Position numbers and translations under genes: made by a program. Below the pieces are notes generated by a model. That model was not told the DNA's origin and searched no databases. It saw nothing but the letters and a program-made list of their open reading frames with translations. A stretch of DNA of 64,000 bases from Gekko japonicus. Taxonomy: Eukaryota. The stretch lies in contig NW_015169777.1 in NCBI RefSeq assembly GCF_001447785.1, forward strand, positions 995,524 through 1,059,523. The letters are read 5' to 3'. Shown here one piece after another: positions 51,101-60,090 of the stretch (its first letter is position 1; every line of letters begins with the position of its first letter).

Positions 51101-54100
51101 CGTGACTGACCATACCCCACACAGTCTTTTTTTTTTCTTTTTACAAACTTGGGAACTTCATCACTCCTGCCATCTTCTACTACCCTGCTTCTAACTAGGT
51201 GCAAGGCACCTCCCAACATATGATTAGTAAAACAAAAGAATAAAAATATTAAAAGTAATAACAGGAAAACAACACCACGGAATTATAAGGTCCATCTCAC
51301 AAACCTATAATGACAATCAGCCCTGATGGTAAGCTTCCATTCTTTGCAAACAATCCACCATTCTTCCTTCCACTCGCCAAAGGTTTTCTTNNNNNNNNNN
51401 NNNNNNNNNNNNNNNNNNNNNNNNNNNNNNNNNNNAAGCACATGGAATGAAAATGTTCATTTTTGAGAACTCATTTTTGTAAATTACTCTCTGTTTTCTG
51501 TTCTACTCACTCATATTATGTGACATTTTACCACTACTCACCCATTGCTAGGAATAATCATCCCAATGAAGTCAACAAGACTAAAGCATGCTTAACTGTG
51601 CACTATACCACACCTCCTTCTATGAATATGCAGGTGCTTCTAGAAACAATTACACTACATATAATTCATTCTGGAACTCACAAAAAGGCAGATCTGTTCA
51701 GTGAGAGCTCACTCTAAAGCATGCAGTGAAGAGAAGAACGAAAGTTTGTGGACCCCAACATCCTAGTGTTCCAATCATTAGGCAGCAAGCTGATCACTAA
51801 GTTAGGCTGAGATTCATATCAGACATCACAAAGAAAAGTTTATTTGTGAACGATCCTGACTCTCAGGCTCTCATGTTTCCTTCCCTTTATGGTATGCCAA
51901 GACTGAAAATAAAACTCTTCAATTTAAGTTCAATTGTGCTATCTGAATGGGGCTGCATCCATTAACTGTGGCTTGTTTCTATCCTGGTCATGAGTATTCT
52001 TAAGGAAGCTAACTTACACATGGCTTGTCTGCCTTGCTCTGGATGCCACTGGGAAGCAGGTTTATTTCCTACTTCCCCACAGCATCATGGTGCTTCTGTG
52101 CACCTCCTCATCTTTCACACAATCTTTCCCAAACCTGCTTTGATGTGATGTCTTCAGAAAGATCAAAGCAAAGCTGGGATGGCACTCACGTGGACCGAAA
52201 AGCCCAGATCTTCCCTGGTCCCATGCACACTGGTACCATTTCCCCTGCTCTTTTACTGACAGGTTACTCTACTTCTCCTCTGTACTGTGACGTTAAATCA
52301 TTTGATCATATTAACTGCAGAGATGTGGCAAAATCAGCCCGCCTCAAACAGACACTATTAGGGGGCCAAGGCCAAACCAATAAATCATGCAGGTGGCCTC
52401 CTCTTTGGGTAGGTATTTTAAACAAACAGGACCCTTTTATTATTTCTGCTCATTTATTTCACGCATACACTAAGTGTACCAACTACTGTAGAAGAAGAAG
52501 AGAAAGAGAAGAAGAGATTGGTTTTATACCCTGTCCTTCACTCGGAGTCTCAGAGCAGCTTACAATCTCCTTTCCTCCTCATCCATATGTCTCCCTGCAC
52601 AAGTTTCTACCACATCCTACCTATTGGCTGGTTTCCAATTTGCCCTATTTGGGCAAATTAATTGAGAGGGCAGTGGCGATACAGTTGCAGGGCTTTATGG
52701 ATAACACTTTCATATTAGATCCCTTCCAGTCCGGCTTCTGCCTGGGACATGGAGATGGCTTTAGTCACTCTTACGGACGACCTCCGGAGGCATCTGTATC
52801 GGGCCGGTTCGGTGGCACTGTTGTTGGACCTGTCGGCTGCATTCGACACGGTCGACCATCAGTTGCGGACCCACCACCTCGCTGACATGGGGATTCAGGG
52901 CCTTGCCTTGCAATGGCTTGCTTCCTTTCTCCAGGGTCGGGGACAAAGGGTGGCGCTAGGGGAACAGCAGTCCCGGAGACACCCGCTTGAGTGCGGAGTG
53001 CCTCAAGGGGCAGCGCTTTCCCCGATGTTATTTAACATCTATATCCCCTTGCCCAGATCGCCCAGAGGTATGGGCTGGGATGTCACAAATATGCTGATGA
53101 CACCCAGCTCTATCTGATGTTGGGCGGCCAGTCGGACTCCAGACCGGAAGATCTGGACCGGGCACTGCAAGCCATGGCTGGTTGACTTAGGCTGAGTCGG
53201 CTGAAGGTGAACCCAGCAAAGATGAAGATCCTGTGCCTGACTCAGGGCGGTTTGGGGGTAGGGATCCCACTCCCGGTGGGGCACCATTAGTGCCAGCGGC
53301 GGTGGTTAGGAGTTTGGCAGTGCTCCTGGAGTGGTGGTTAGGAGTTTGGCAGTGCTCCTGGATACCTCCTTAACAATGGATGCCCAGGTAGCAGCCACTG
53401 CTAAGACGGTCTTTTTCCATCTTTGGCTGATTTGGCAGTTGGTTCCCTTCCTCAACTGCGATGACCTGGCTATAGTGATCCATGTGATGGTCACCTCGAG
53501 ACTAGACTACTGTAACACTCTCTACATGGGTCTACCCTTGTCGCAAATCCAGAAGCTGCAGCTAGAGCAGAATGCCGCAGCCAGGCTTCTGATGGGCCTT
53601 CCTAGATGGGAGCACGTCTGACCTGCGCTGAAGGCACTGCACTGGCTGCCAATAGCATACCGAATTTGCTTCAAGGTGCTGGTACTTACCTTTAAAGCCC
53701 TATATGGTCAGGGTCCGACATACCTGAGAGACTGCCTTTCCCCATATATACTCCAGAGAGCACTATGGTTGGGGTCACAACACCAATTGACCCTCCCAGG
53801 CCCTAAGGATGCCAGCCTCGCTGCCACCAGGGCCAGAGCCTTTTCAGTGGTGGCTCCATACTGGTGGAATGAGCTCCTGGAAGAGATCAGGGCCCTGCGG
53901 GACCTTCTACAGTTCCGCAGGGCCTGCAAGATGGAGCTCTTCCACCAGGCTTTCAATTAGGAGCCGCCCTCATCACTCCCACCAACATCTGTGGTTATGG
54001 GCCGGCCCCAGCTTTGAGATCGAGCTATACCATTGTGTGACGCCAGAAGATCACTGAGTCGGAATTTGTCTGCTTGGTACATCATATAGTACGCCATCTC

Positions 54101-57100
54101 AATTAATGATGGAATGATGATCACTACTAGCAATTTATGTTTATCTGACTGTTTTAAAATGTTTTAAATGTTTTATGTGGATTTTATGGTACCTTGTACC
54201 GACTAATGTGAGCTGCCCTGAGTCTGTTTGCGGGCAGGGCGGGATACAAATGGAATGAATGAATAAATGAATAAATATTCCTGGCAGTTTTTAGGTGACA
54301 ACCTTACCCAGGAAACCAGTAGAATATTACTACCAGAAATAAAAACACATCACATGAACCAAAATGTGGTTTTAGGTGACAACTTCCTCCTCCCTAACCC
54401 GTATCTTGTGTTGGGAGCTTGGACTCTCGAAAGCTAATACCCCGAAAATCTTGTTAGTCTCCAAAATGCTACTGGACTTGAATCGAGCTCTCCTCCTCCC
54501 AGGGACCAGCTGCCATTGCTGAGGCCCAAGAAATAACAGGAAGCAGGCCAGCAGCCTTTCCATCAACTCTGACTTGCCTGGATGTGGACTTCGCTAAGAA
54601 CTGCTTCCCTGAGCAGCTTTTATCACATTTTAAAGACTGCAACACGAGATGGCATTTGAACTATTGCAATAAGGGAATAACATCCCCTGGCCACCGGCGG
54701 GGATGAGCGGGGCAGGGTTGCCAGATCCAGGTTGGGAAACTCCTGTAGAGATTTGTGGGTGGAGCCTGGGAAGGATAAGGAGACCTCAGTGGAGTCCACT
54801 CTCCAAAGCACTGATTTTCTCCAGGGGAACTACTCTCTGTAGTCTGGAGATGAGCTGTAATTTCAGGGGATCCCCAGGTCCCACCTGCAGGCTGGCATCC
54901 CAAGAATACCATCTAGCTGAGTTTATTATCCTCTGTGCATAGGCACTTAAGGCCTGAGCACAGGGAGAGACACTTTTGGCAAGGGAGGACCTGTGGAAGA
55001 CCCTGCTAGCAAGCAGCCTAGAAGTGGCTAAATAAATTCTTACCAAGTATGTTCTCTTCTGCTCACAGGTACTAAGGCCCGGGGAGTGCCCAGAGGGTGA
55101 GAACAAAGGGCAGCCTGAGGGTTGTTACCTGGTAGAAAACTGGGTAGCAGAGAGAGAAGGTCTACTTGGCACTTGGAAGCCCCCCCCCCCCCCCTCTCTC
55201 TTGTTCATTTTCTGTTGTATCTTTTCTTGTACTGTAATTCACTTTGGTTCCCCACTGGGGAGAAAGGTAAAGGGGAGAAAGCAGGATATAAATAAACACA
55301 TTGCTAGCAAATTCCAAGTGACAATTCCAAGTCAATACCAAGATCTTTGGCCACATCGGTAGGATGGGAGTCCAAGACTGAAGGCCACTTTCCACACATT
55401 TATATCCCATATGGGTCTAAATAGAATTATACATCCAGACAGAATTAATTAACAATTAATCCTTTCCCCAAGTTTAAGCTCCGTACAGAACATACAACAT
55501 AATACCACACACTAACTCATACAGAGAAGTAGTAGGTGACTAGCCTAGGCAGAATTCTAATTAAAAAATACTAAATCACTTTTATGCAAAAATCTTGTTC
55601 TGCTTACCTGGCACTTGATGGGAGGACTCTTCCAAAGGCCTTCCTTATCCATATGTAAAGGAATTTTCTGGCCAAGTGTCTGAAAAAAACAAAACGTTAA
55701 TTGGATTTTTTTAGTGTGTAATTTACTTTCTACAAATTCAAGATGAAGGTCTTCAAGATGAACAGAAATGTCATATATAAGTGCTATTCAGTTCTAGTTC
55801 ACCACTGAAGACAATGACATGTTTATTTTACTAAATTACATTTTTAAACCTGTTTTTCCTTGAGAGAACTTACGGCATACCCTGGGTGTCCCATTCTTCC
55901 TCACCATAGCTCAGCAAACTTCACCTGTAGCACCTGAACTCATTTCTCCTTGATTTTAAACAGCTGGATCATACCAGCTCTTATATGAACAACAATAAAT
56001 AAACAGGAGAGTTTGGGCAGCTTAAAGACTTAACAGATTCATTGAAGCATAAGCTTTCATGGGCTTGAACATTCTTCGACAGATGCATGTTGGATATTAC
56101 AGCACTGAGAACAGTGCAGAAGGAAAAAAACAATCAAAGTGATCAATGGGGTTAGAGCAACTTCCCTAGAAAGAACAACTAAAGAGTTTTGGACTTTTTA
56201 AAGATTATTAATGGGGCACATGATGAAGACTTAAAAAATTATGCATGGAGCAGACAGAGTACTTTTTATTCCTCTTTCATAAAATTAGAATTCACAGGCA
56301 CCCAGTGAAGTTGATGGGCAGTAGATTCAAGTCAAACAAAAGGGAAGTACTCCTTCACCTGAACAGTGAGTGGCTTGTGGAATTCACCGCCCTGAGATGG
56401 AGTGATCATTACTAATTTAGTTGGCTTTAAAAATGGAGTTGACAAATTTATGTACAACAGGTCCATCAATGATTATGTCATGATGACTAAATGTAACCTC
56501 TACATTCAGAAGAATACCTGAGATACAACATGAGGCAACTTGGTCTACTATTTCCACTTACAGGCTCTTTGGGGAGCATCTGTTGGCCACTGTGTAAAAC
56601 AGGACGCTGGACTTCATGAACCCTAGCTCTTAACCAGCAGCTCAACCCTTGCCCCTCCAACAGTCATCCCAAGCTCCTCAGGCAGGGACCTGTCATCTTA
56701 TACTCTGTGAAGCAACATGAACACTAATGGTGCCATTTAAAGAAAGCAGTAGGATATACATTTTTAAGCAAAATAAAATAAATCTAATGAACTGAACAGC
56801 TGCCTCCATTAATAGGTTAGAAAATAGTATCGAAACTATGCAAAAAACAGATGTGACCATTACCTAATACGGATTTCTTTTAACCTTCCACCTCGGTTCC
56901 AAGTGTATGCAACACGATAAGAGATCCGATGACTGCCATCCCGACGCCAAGTTCCAATAAGACGAGAAGAAACAAGTTGTCTAACAGCACCTTCCTTAGG
57001 AGTATGTAATTTCTGTATCTTTGTACACTTTAAACTTTAAAGGAAGAATAAATGACTGCTACTTTTAACCACTGGATTCAAAATTAAAATTTACAAGACT

Positions 57101-58576
57101 TGATAAACTGATACATGCTAGATTTTATCTTCTAATGCCTTGTTCTTATTATTTTTATTTTTAAGCCACCTTGAGCAGATTCCTAGAGAAGCAGCATAAA
57201 CAATTACTAAGTAAATAAATGCATCAATACCATTAAAAAATTTAGGAAGAGATAGAATTAACCAAATAGACACTTCTTCTTGGACTCAGTTGTTTAAAAT
57301 GCTTCTACAGATATTTTTGGGGTTGTGTGGCTAAAGTCATCCCTTGACTCTTAGATAAAAGGATGACTGTAGCTAGGTTAGCTCATTCCAGGGAAGCGTA
57401 CAACTGGGTCACCAGACTAAGCTGGAAAAAAGCATTCTTGGCCTCTTCTGAATGGGGCATTCTTCCCTTCGTGGAACACGGGAAACCCCTGATTTTAATA
57501 GGAGCACCCACATACCACACTCATAGTGTTCTACATCTTATAAGACAGCCAGCATACTGTAGTAGTTAATGTCAAACTAGGATATGGGAGACCTAGTTCA
57601 AATCCCCACTCTGCCATGGAAGCTTACAGGGTGACCTTGCACCAGTCACACACAGGGTTATTGTGAGGATAAAATGGAGAAGAGAGCAATGTAAGCTACT
57701 TTGGGTCCCCACTGGAGAGAAAGGTTGGGGTACACACAAAGTTTATGTGTTTGTGTGTGTACATAAACCCTTGTTAAAGCAGATGACCTTGCCAAGCTGA
57801 TCTATGCTTCTGCAACTTTCAGGCTTCCTGACAGGGCTCTCTTTGAAGTCAAACAGAAAACTTCAGATGGCGCAGAATACAGCAGCCCATATGTTATTTG
57901 GTCACAGGATGCCATGCTTATATTCAACATATCTTGTGCCAGCTGCAGTCGCTGATTCAAGGTACCCATTTTTCATTTTAAAGCTCTTCAAGATCAGATA
58001 ACACATATATCTGAAGGACTACCTCTGTTCACATAAAGCCCATATGAGATCACCTCAACAAGTTTTACTGGTGCAGCTCTCACACCCTCAAATGTAGGCA
58101 GTAGGGATAAGATCTACTCCTTTTTCAGTTGCAGCTTCTACTGTCTGGATTTTTTCCTAAAGGAAACACAGACTAAATTGCTTTTAAGTTTCAGCAGAGG
58201 ACTGGCCTTTTGCAGAGAGATGTATACATATATATTACTGAGTGGTGGTGTTTAATTGGGTATCTGATGTTTAGACGATTTTCGTAGTTTTATTGTATAT
58301 TTTAATTCACTTGTAATATGCTTTGCATGTAGAACACAATGACACTAACTTTTTTTTAAATGACATGAAAGAGTGGAATAATGTCTTCCATCTACCTGAA
58401 CTAACAATATCGTACTGCAGAGAAGTATACTCAATCAAACTGCAGCACCATATTATACAAGCAGGGATTTCTGCATCTTCCCTGAATCCTTGCTCTCAAA
58501 ACCTGTCTTTGTCAGCTAGATTTTTTCACGCAGACCTCCTCAGTATTTCTCACCTTCCTTTGGCTTTCTTCTCCAT
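15006..58576 (-). CDS. SFI1: SFI1 centrin-binding protein, whole gene span (32 coding exons)
   Basis: Exons traced by homology to recalled human SFI1 and by splice-phase continuity; repeated L...F..W Sfi1 motifs; lies between PISD and EIF4ENIF1. Confidence 0.95.
16424..16526 (-). CDS. SFI1: SFI1 coding exon 31
   Basis: [34 protein letters not shown]. Confidence 0.9.
17704..17833 (-). CDS. SFI1: SFI1 coding exon 30
   Basis: [43 protein letters not shown]. Confidence 0.85.
18085..18247 (-). CDS. SFI1: SFI1 coding exon 29
   Basis: [10 protein letters not shown]...[22 protein letters not shown]. Confidence 0.82.
18867..19113 (-). CDS. SFI1: SFI1 coding exon 28
   Basis: [10 protein letters not shown]...[19 protein letters not shown]; phases consistent. 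Confidence 0.82.
19913..20008 (-). CDS. SFI1: SFI1 coding exon 27
   Basis: [32 protein letters not shown]. Confidence 0.88.
21009..21268 (-). CDS. SFI1: SFI1 coding exon 26
   Basis: [22 protein letters not shown]...KKRVSFKVP...DSILTEL. Confidence 0.9.
22613..22789 (-). CDS. SFI1: SFI1 coding exon 25
   Basis: [59 protein letters not shown]. Confidence 0.93.
23197..23408 (+). mobile_element. tRNA-derived SINE (second family, Squam2-like)
   Basis: GGGGCTGTAGCTCAGTG...TCAATCCCCAGCAT tRNA-like head; related copy on the minus strand at ~34158-34338. Confidence 0.65.
23870..23944 (-). CDS. SFI1: SFI1 coding exon 24
   Basis: [25 protein letters not shown]. Confidence 0.93.
24185..24392 (-). mobile_element. 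5S rRNA-derived SINE (SINE3, 5S-Sauria-like)
   Basis: Minus strand reads ATCTCATTTGATCTCAAGAGCTAAGCAGGGTCAGCCCTGGCTAGTATTTAGATGGGAGACC (5S internal control region), then an RTE/BovB-like tail. Confidence 0.75.
24609..24683 (-). CDS. SFI1: SFI1 coding exon 23
   Basis: [25 protein letters not shown]. Confidence 0.92.
26742..26902 (-). CDS. SFI1: SFI1 coding exon 22
   Basis: [53 protein letters not shown]. Confidence 0.92.
27774..27870 (-). CDS. SFI1: SFI1 coding exon 21
   Basis: [32 protein letters not shown]. Confidence 0.9.
28222..28324 (-). CDS. SFI1: SFI1 coding exon 20
   Basis: [34 protein letters not shown]. Confidence 0.92.
28531..28607 (-). CDS. SFI1: SFI1 coding exon 19
   Basis: [26 protein letters not shown]. 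Confidence 0.9.
30107..30202 (-). CDS. SFI1: SFI1 coding exon 18
   Basis: [32 protein letters not shown]. Confidence 0.92.
30551..30576. repeat. (CA)n microsatellite
   Basis: ACACACACACACACACACACACGCAC. Confidence 0.9.
31101..31576. mobile_element. hAT-type MITE
   Basis: TIRs CAGGCCTGTAGC / GCTACAGGCCCG; 8-bp TSD GTTCCAAT / GTGCCAAT. Confidence 0.75.
32476..32551 (-). CDS. SFI1: SFI1 coding exon 17
   Basis: [25 protein letters not shown]. Confidence 0.9.
33332..33510 (-). CDS. SFI1: SFI1 coding exon 16
   Basis: [21 protein letters not shown]...[14 protein letters not shown]. Confidence 0.92.
34158..34338 (-). mobile_element. tRNA-derived SINE, same family as 23197
   Basis: Shares CAGTATTGCCTACT, CTTTCACATCACC and TCTACCACTG..CCACAGC segments with the 23197 copy in reverse orientation. 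Confidence 0.6.
34488..34569 (-). CDS. SFI1: SFI1 coding exon 15
   Basis: [27 protein letters not shown]. Confidence 0.9.
35956..36196 (-). mobile_element. tRNA-derived SINE (Squam3-like subfamily)
   Basis: (AAG)n tail, CTCCACAACAGTCACCTTGTGAGGTA body, TTAACCACTACACCA head. Confidence 0.78.
36293..36423 (-). CDS. SFI1: SFI1 coding exon 14
   Basis: [44 protein letters not shown]. Confidence 0.92.
36985..37051 (-). CDS. SFI1: SFI1 coding exon 13
   Basis: [22 protein letters not shown]. Confidence 0.9.
37580..37677 (-). CDS. SFI1: SFI1 coding exon 12
   Basis: [32 protein letters not shown]. Confidence 0.92.
38784..38876 (-). CDS. SFI1: SFI1 coding exon 11
   Basis: [31 protein letters not shown]. 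Confidence 0.92.
39996..40066 (-). CDS. SFI1: SFI1 coding exon 10
   Basis: (Y)[23 protein letters not shown]|gtaag; aligns to human [24 protein letters not shown]. Confidence 0.85.
40319..41122 (+). mobile_element. Probable non-autonomous Helitron (contains an N-gap)
   Basis: Begins A|TCTATATA; ends with hairpin CCCG-CTATTTTCA-CGGG about 9 nt before CTTG|T; no TSD; GC/CpG-rich relative to its flanks. Confidence 0.5.
41320..41690 (+). mobile_element. RTE/BovB-clade LINE 3' fragment
   Basis: FEMWCW...[27 protein letters not shown]...WRTLIHRVA, then the GACTTGACAGCACTTAACAC terminus. Confidence 0.8.
41740..41985. mobile_element. Penelope-like element termini as an inverted pair
   Basis: ~85-bp inverted arms (41790-41873 and 41898-41977) containing AGGGAGCTTTGACTCT..AAAGCTTATACCCTGGAAATCTTGTTGGTCTTTAAGGT; related copies at 54401, 56047 and 59250. 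Confidence 0.65.
42182..42343 (-). CDS. SFI1: SFI1 coding exon 9 (ends at a U12-type donor)
   Basis: [54 protein letters not shown]|GTATCCTTT. Confidence 0.92.
43539..43695 (-). CDS. SFI1: SFI1 coding exon 8
   Basis: [52 protein letters not shown]. Confidence 0.9.
44409..44511 (-). CDS. SFI1: SFI1 coding exon 7
   Basis: [34 protein letters not shown]. Confidence 0.9.
44620..45465. mobile_element. hAT-type MITE with a nested 5S-derived SINE
   Basis: TIRs TAGGGATAGGCACAAACC / GGTTCGTGCCCATCCATA; 8-bp TSD CTCATACC / CTCATATC. Confidence 0.78.
44860..45063 (-). mobile_element. 5S rRNA-derived SINE
   Basis: CCAAGTACTTGCCAGGGTCGGCCCTGCTTAGCTTCTGAGATCTGATGAGATTGGGC is the reverse complement of the 5S rRNA core. 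Confidence 0.75.
46748..46865 (-). CDS. SFI1: SFI1 coding exon 6
   Basis: [39 protein letters not shown]. Confidence 0.9.
47200..48600 (+). mobile_element. Degraded LINE RT/C-terminal fragment (RTE-X-like), interrupted by a SINE and an N-gap
   Basis: [46 protein letters not shown]; resumes [20 protein letters not shown] at ~48455. Confidence 0.65.
47920..48190 (+). mobile_element. tRNA-derived SINE (Squam3-like)
   Basis: GAGCCAGTTTGGTGTAGTGGTTAGG...GGTTTGATTCCCCACTCC...(CTT)n. Confidence 0.87.
48663..50241 (+). repeat. 173-bp direct repeat (48663-48835 and 50069-50241)
   Basis: CATCTGAACACC...GCAATGATAT, identical by eye in both copies. Confidence 0.9.
50611..50705 (-). CDS. SFI1: SFI1 coding exon 5
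   Basis: [31 protein letters not shown]. Confidence 0.92.
51305..51390 (-). CDS. SFI1: SFI1 coding exon 4 (5' end hidden in N-gap)
   Basis: [29 protein letters not shown]|gtttg. Confidence 0.9.
52620..54276 (+). mobile_element. L2-clade LINE, 5'-truncated, same family as 5863-7406
   Basis: [46 protein letters not shown]; frameshifts; internal 30-bp tandem duplication at 53301-53362; (GAAT/TAAA)n tail. Confidence 0.9.
54714..54902. mobile_element. DNA-transposon MITE (AGGGTTGCCA...TGGCATCCC TIRs)
   Basis: Terminal inverted repeats; a degenerate relative lies at ~24735-24985. Confidence 0.55.
55608..55679 (-). CDS. SFI1: SFI1 coding exon 3
   Basis: [24 protein letters not shown]; ag/gt ends. 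Confidence 0.92.
56165..56640 (+). mobile_element. Old CR1 LINE 3' fragment
   Basis: GGCACCCAGTGAAGTTGATGGGCAGTAGATTCA..ACAAAAGGGAAGTAC, GTGGAATTCAC, GGCTTTAAAAATGGAGTTGACAAATTTATG. Confidence 0.65.
56864..57034 (-). CDS. SFI1: SFI1 coding exon 2
   Basis: LKCTKIQK...[19 protein letters not shown]|gtaa. Confidence 0.88.
57550..57735 (+). mobile_element. Older tRNA-derived SINE
   Basis: TGTAGTAGTTA...GTTCAAATCCCCACTCTGCCATGGAAGC...TGTAAGCTACTTTGGGTCCCC; a relative lies at ~39105-39290. Confidence 0.6.
58554..58576 (-). CDS. SFI1: SFI1 coding exon 1 (MEKKAKG)
   Basis: ATG...GGA AG|gtgaga; aligns to human MEKKVDSR. Confidence 0.75.
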
Positions 58577-59399
58577 CACACTGATAAAATTAAGTGTTCT
58601 GTTTTCCACTGCAGTCCAATGCCATCTATGTAGTCTCTCATAAAGTGACAGATGAAAACACCTTTAGCCAAAACAAAATAATTCTCATATCAAAATCCAC
58701 CAAACATATGATGGGAAACACCTTTCTATGAACTGTGACATAAAAAACTGACACAACAGCTGCAGACACAACAGAGGTAGAGCACCAGTGCTCGGATGTC
58801 CCAGCGCAAGGCGTCAAGCTACATAATCCACTTTTCAAATTTATTATTTTCTTTAGGAGCATCTTTATCACCTTCTACAGCTGAATAATTGGTCATACAA
58901 ATAAGTCTAACCTACATTTGTATTTATTCTCCTACATCTTTCACCTAGTCTATAATAGTTTTAACATTAACTATTTGATTTAACTAGTTTTATTTCCCCC
59001 CTACCTATCCCCATTACATACTTCCTGCTAATAAAATAAGGCTGTGATTATCCTACATTCCCTTACAACAAATACTACCTCTACAAAAAGGCACTACCAA
59101 ACGATTTTTTTGGTCACAACAAGGTTCACAATTACTCTGAAATTTCAAAGGAACCACTTACACCAGGATGCTCAAGCTACTGATAGGTCCCACCTGCCAC
59201 CTCAGTTTAGGCAATTCAAAGCAGCTTCAGAGCATTACAGTGTTTCAATGTATCTGAAGAAGTGTGGATGCACACAAAAGCTTATACCCAGAATTAAACT
59301 TTGCTGGTCTTAAAGGTGCCACTGGACTCAAACTGTGTTCTGTCGCTTCAGACCAACACCTACCCACCTGAATCTAAGAACAAACTACCTCACCTATCT

Positions 59400-60090
59400 G
59401 TTCCAGGCGACCCGGCCGCCCACAAACTTCTCAACAGTATTCTTCCATATTCAGACATGAGGAACAACCTATTTGCTGTGCTCGCTGCACCCCACCACCA
59501 CCGCGGAACAAAAGCTCCCTGGCTCAGGAGCCCCTTAACTCCACCTCCTATTTACCGAGGCTGGGCCTGTTTGACCCACCCTACACTCTAAAGGAGGTGC
59601 TGGGTATCCGCGTACCCCAGACTTCTCCTTGCCCACAAGCCTCACCTTTAAATCGGGTCTCCACCGCGCATCACACGGGCATCGAACCCGAAAGGGCACC
59701 CCCCCCCCCAAATCTTCCCCTAAAGTGGACCCCAGAAACCAGCTCAGGCGGCTGCACCTTGGCTTTGGGGGACTGGGGTGGGGGGAAAGAATGGCAGCAT
59801 GTTTACCCCACACATTTATAAGACGCCACCCCGAGCTGCCGCAACGCTGCAAAAAAGGACGGGAGGGTCTCCTCTACCCTCACCCAGAGACCGCTCTTGC
59901 ACTTGCCTGTTATCCCCCCCGGCCGGCCGTAGCTGTTAGACGGCACCGCTCACGTAAACCCCCCAAAGCAGCCTTTCCCGCGGGGTGCTGCCCGCCAGGC
60001 TGTCGCTATGGCGACCAGAGCTGGCGGCTGTGGAGTTGCAACAGCCTCAGGCGCCCGGGAGGCAAATGGGCCCTGCGATCACCACCAAAA
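59400..60090 (-). promoter_or_regulatory. SFI1: SFI1 CpG-rich promoter/non-coding first exon region with an RFX X-box (60002-60015)
   Basis: CpG-rich; near-palindromic GTCGCTATGGCGAC; candidate donor CAG|GCAAGT at 59907. Confidence 0.65.

Noticed and set aside
52025-52885. 286-aa ORF
   Set aside because: Intron sequence plus a SINE tail running into an L2 RT fragment; no coherent protein.
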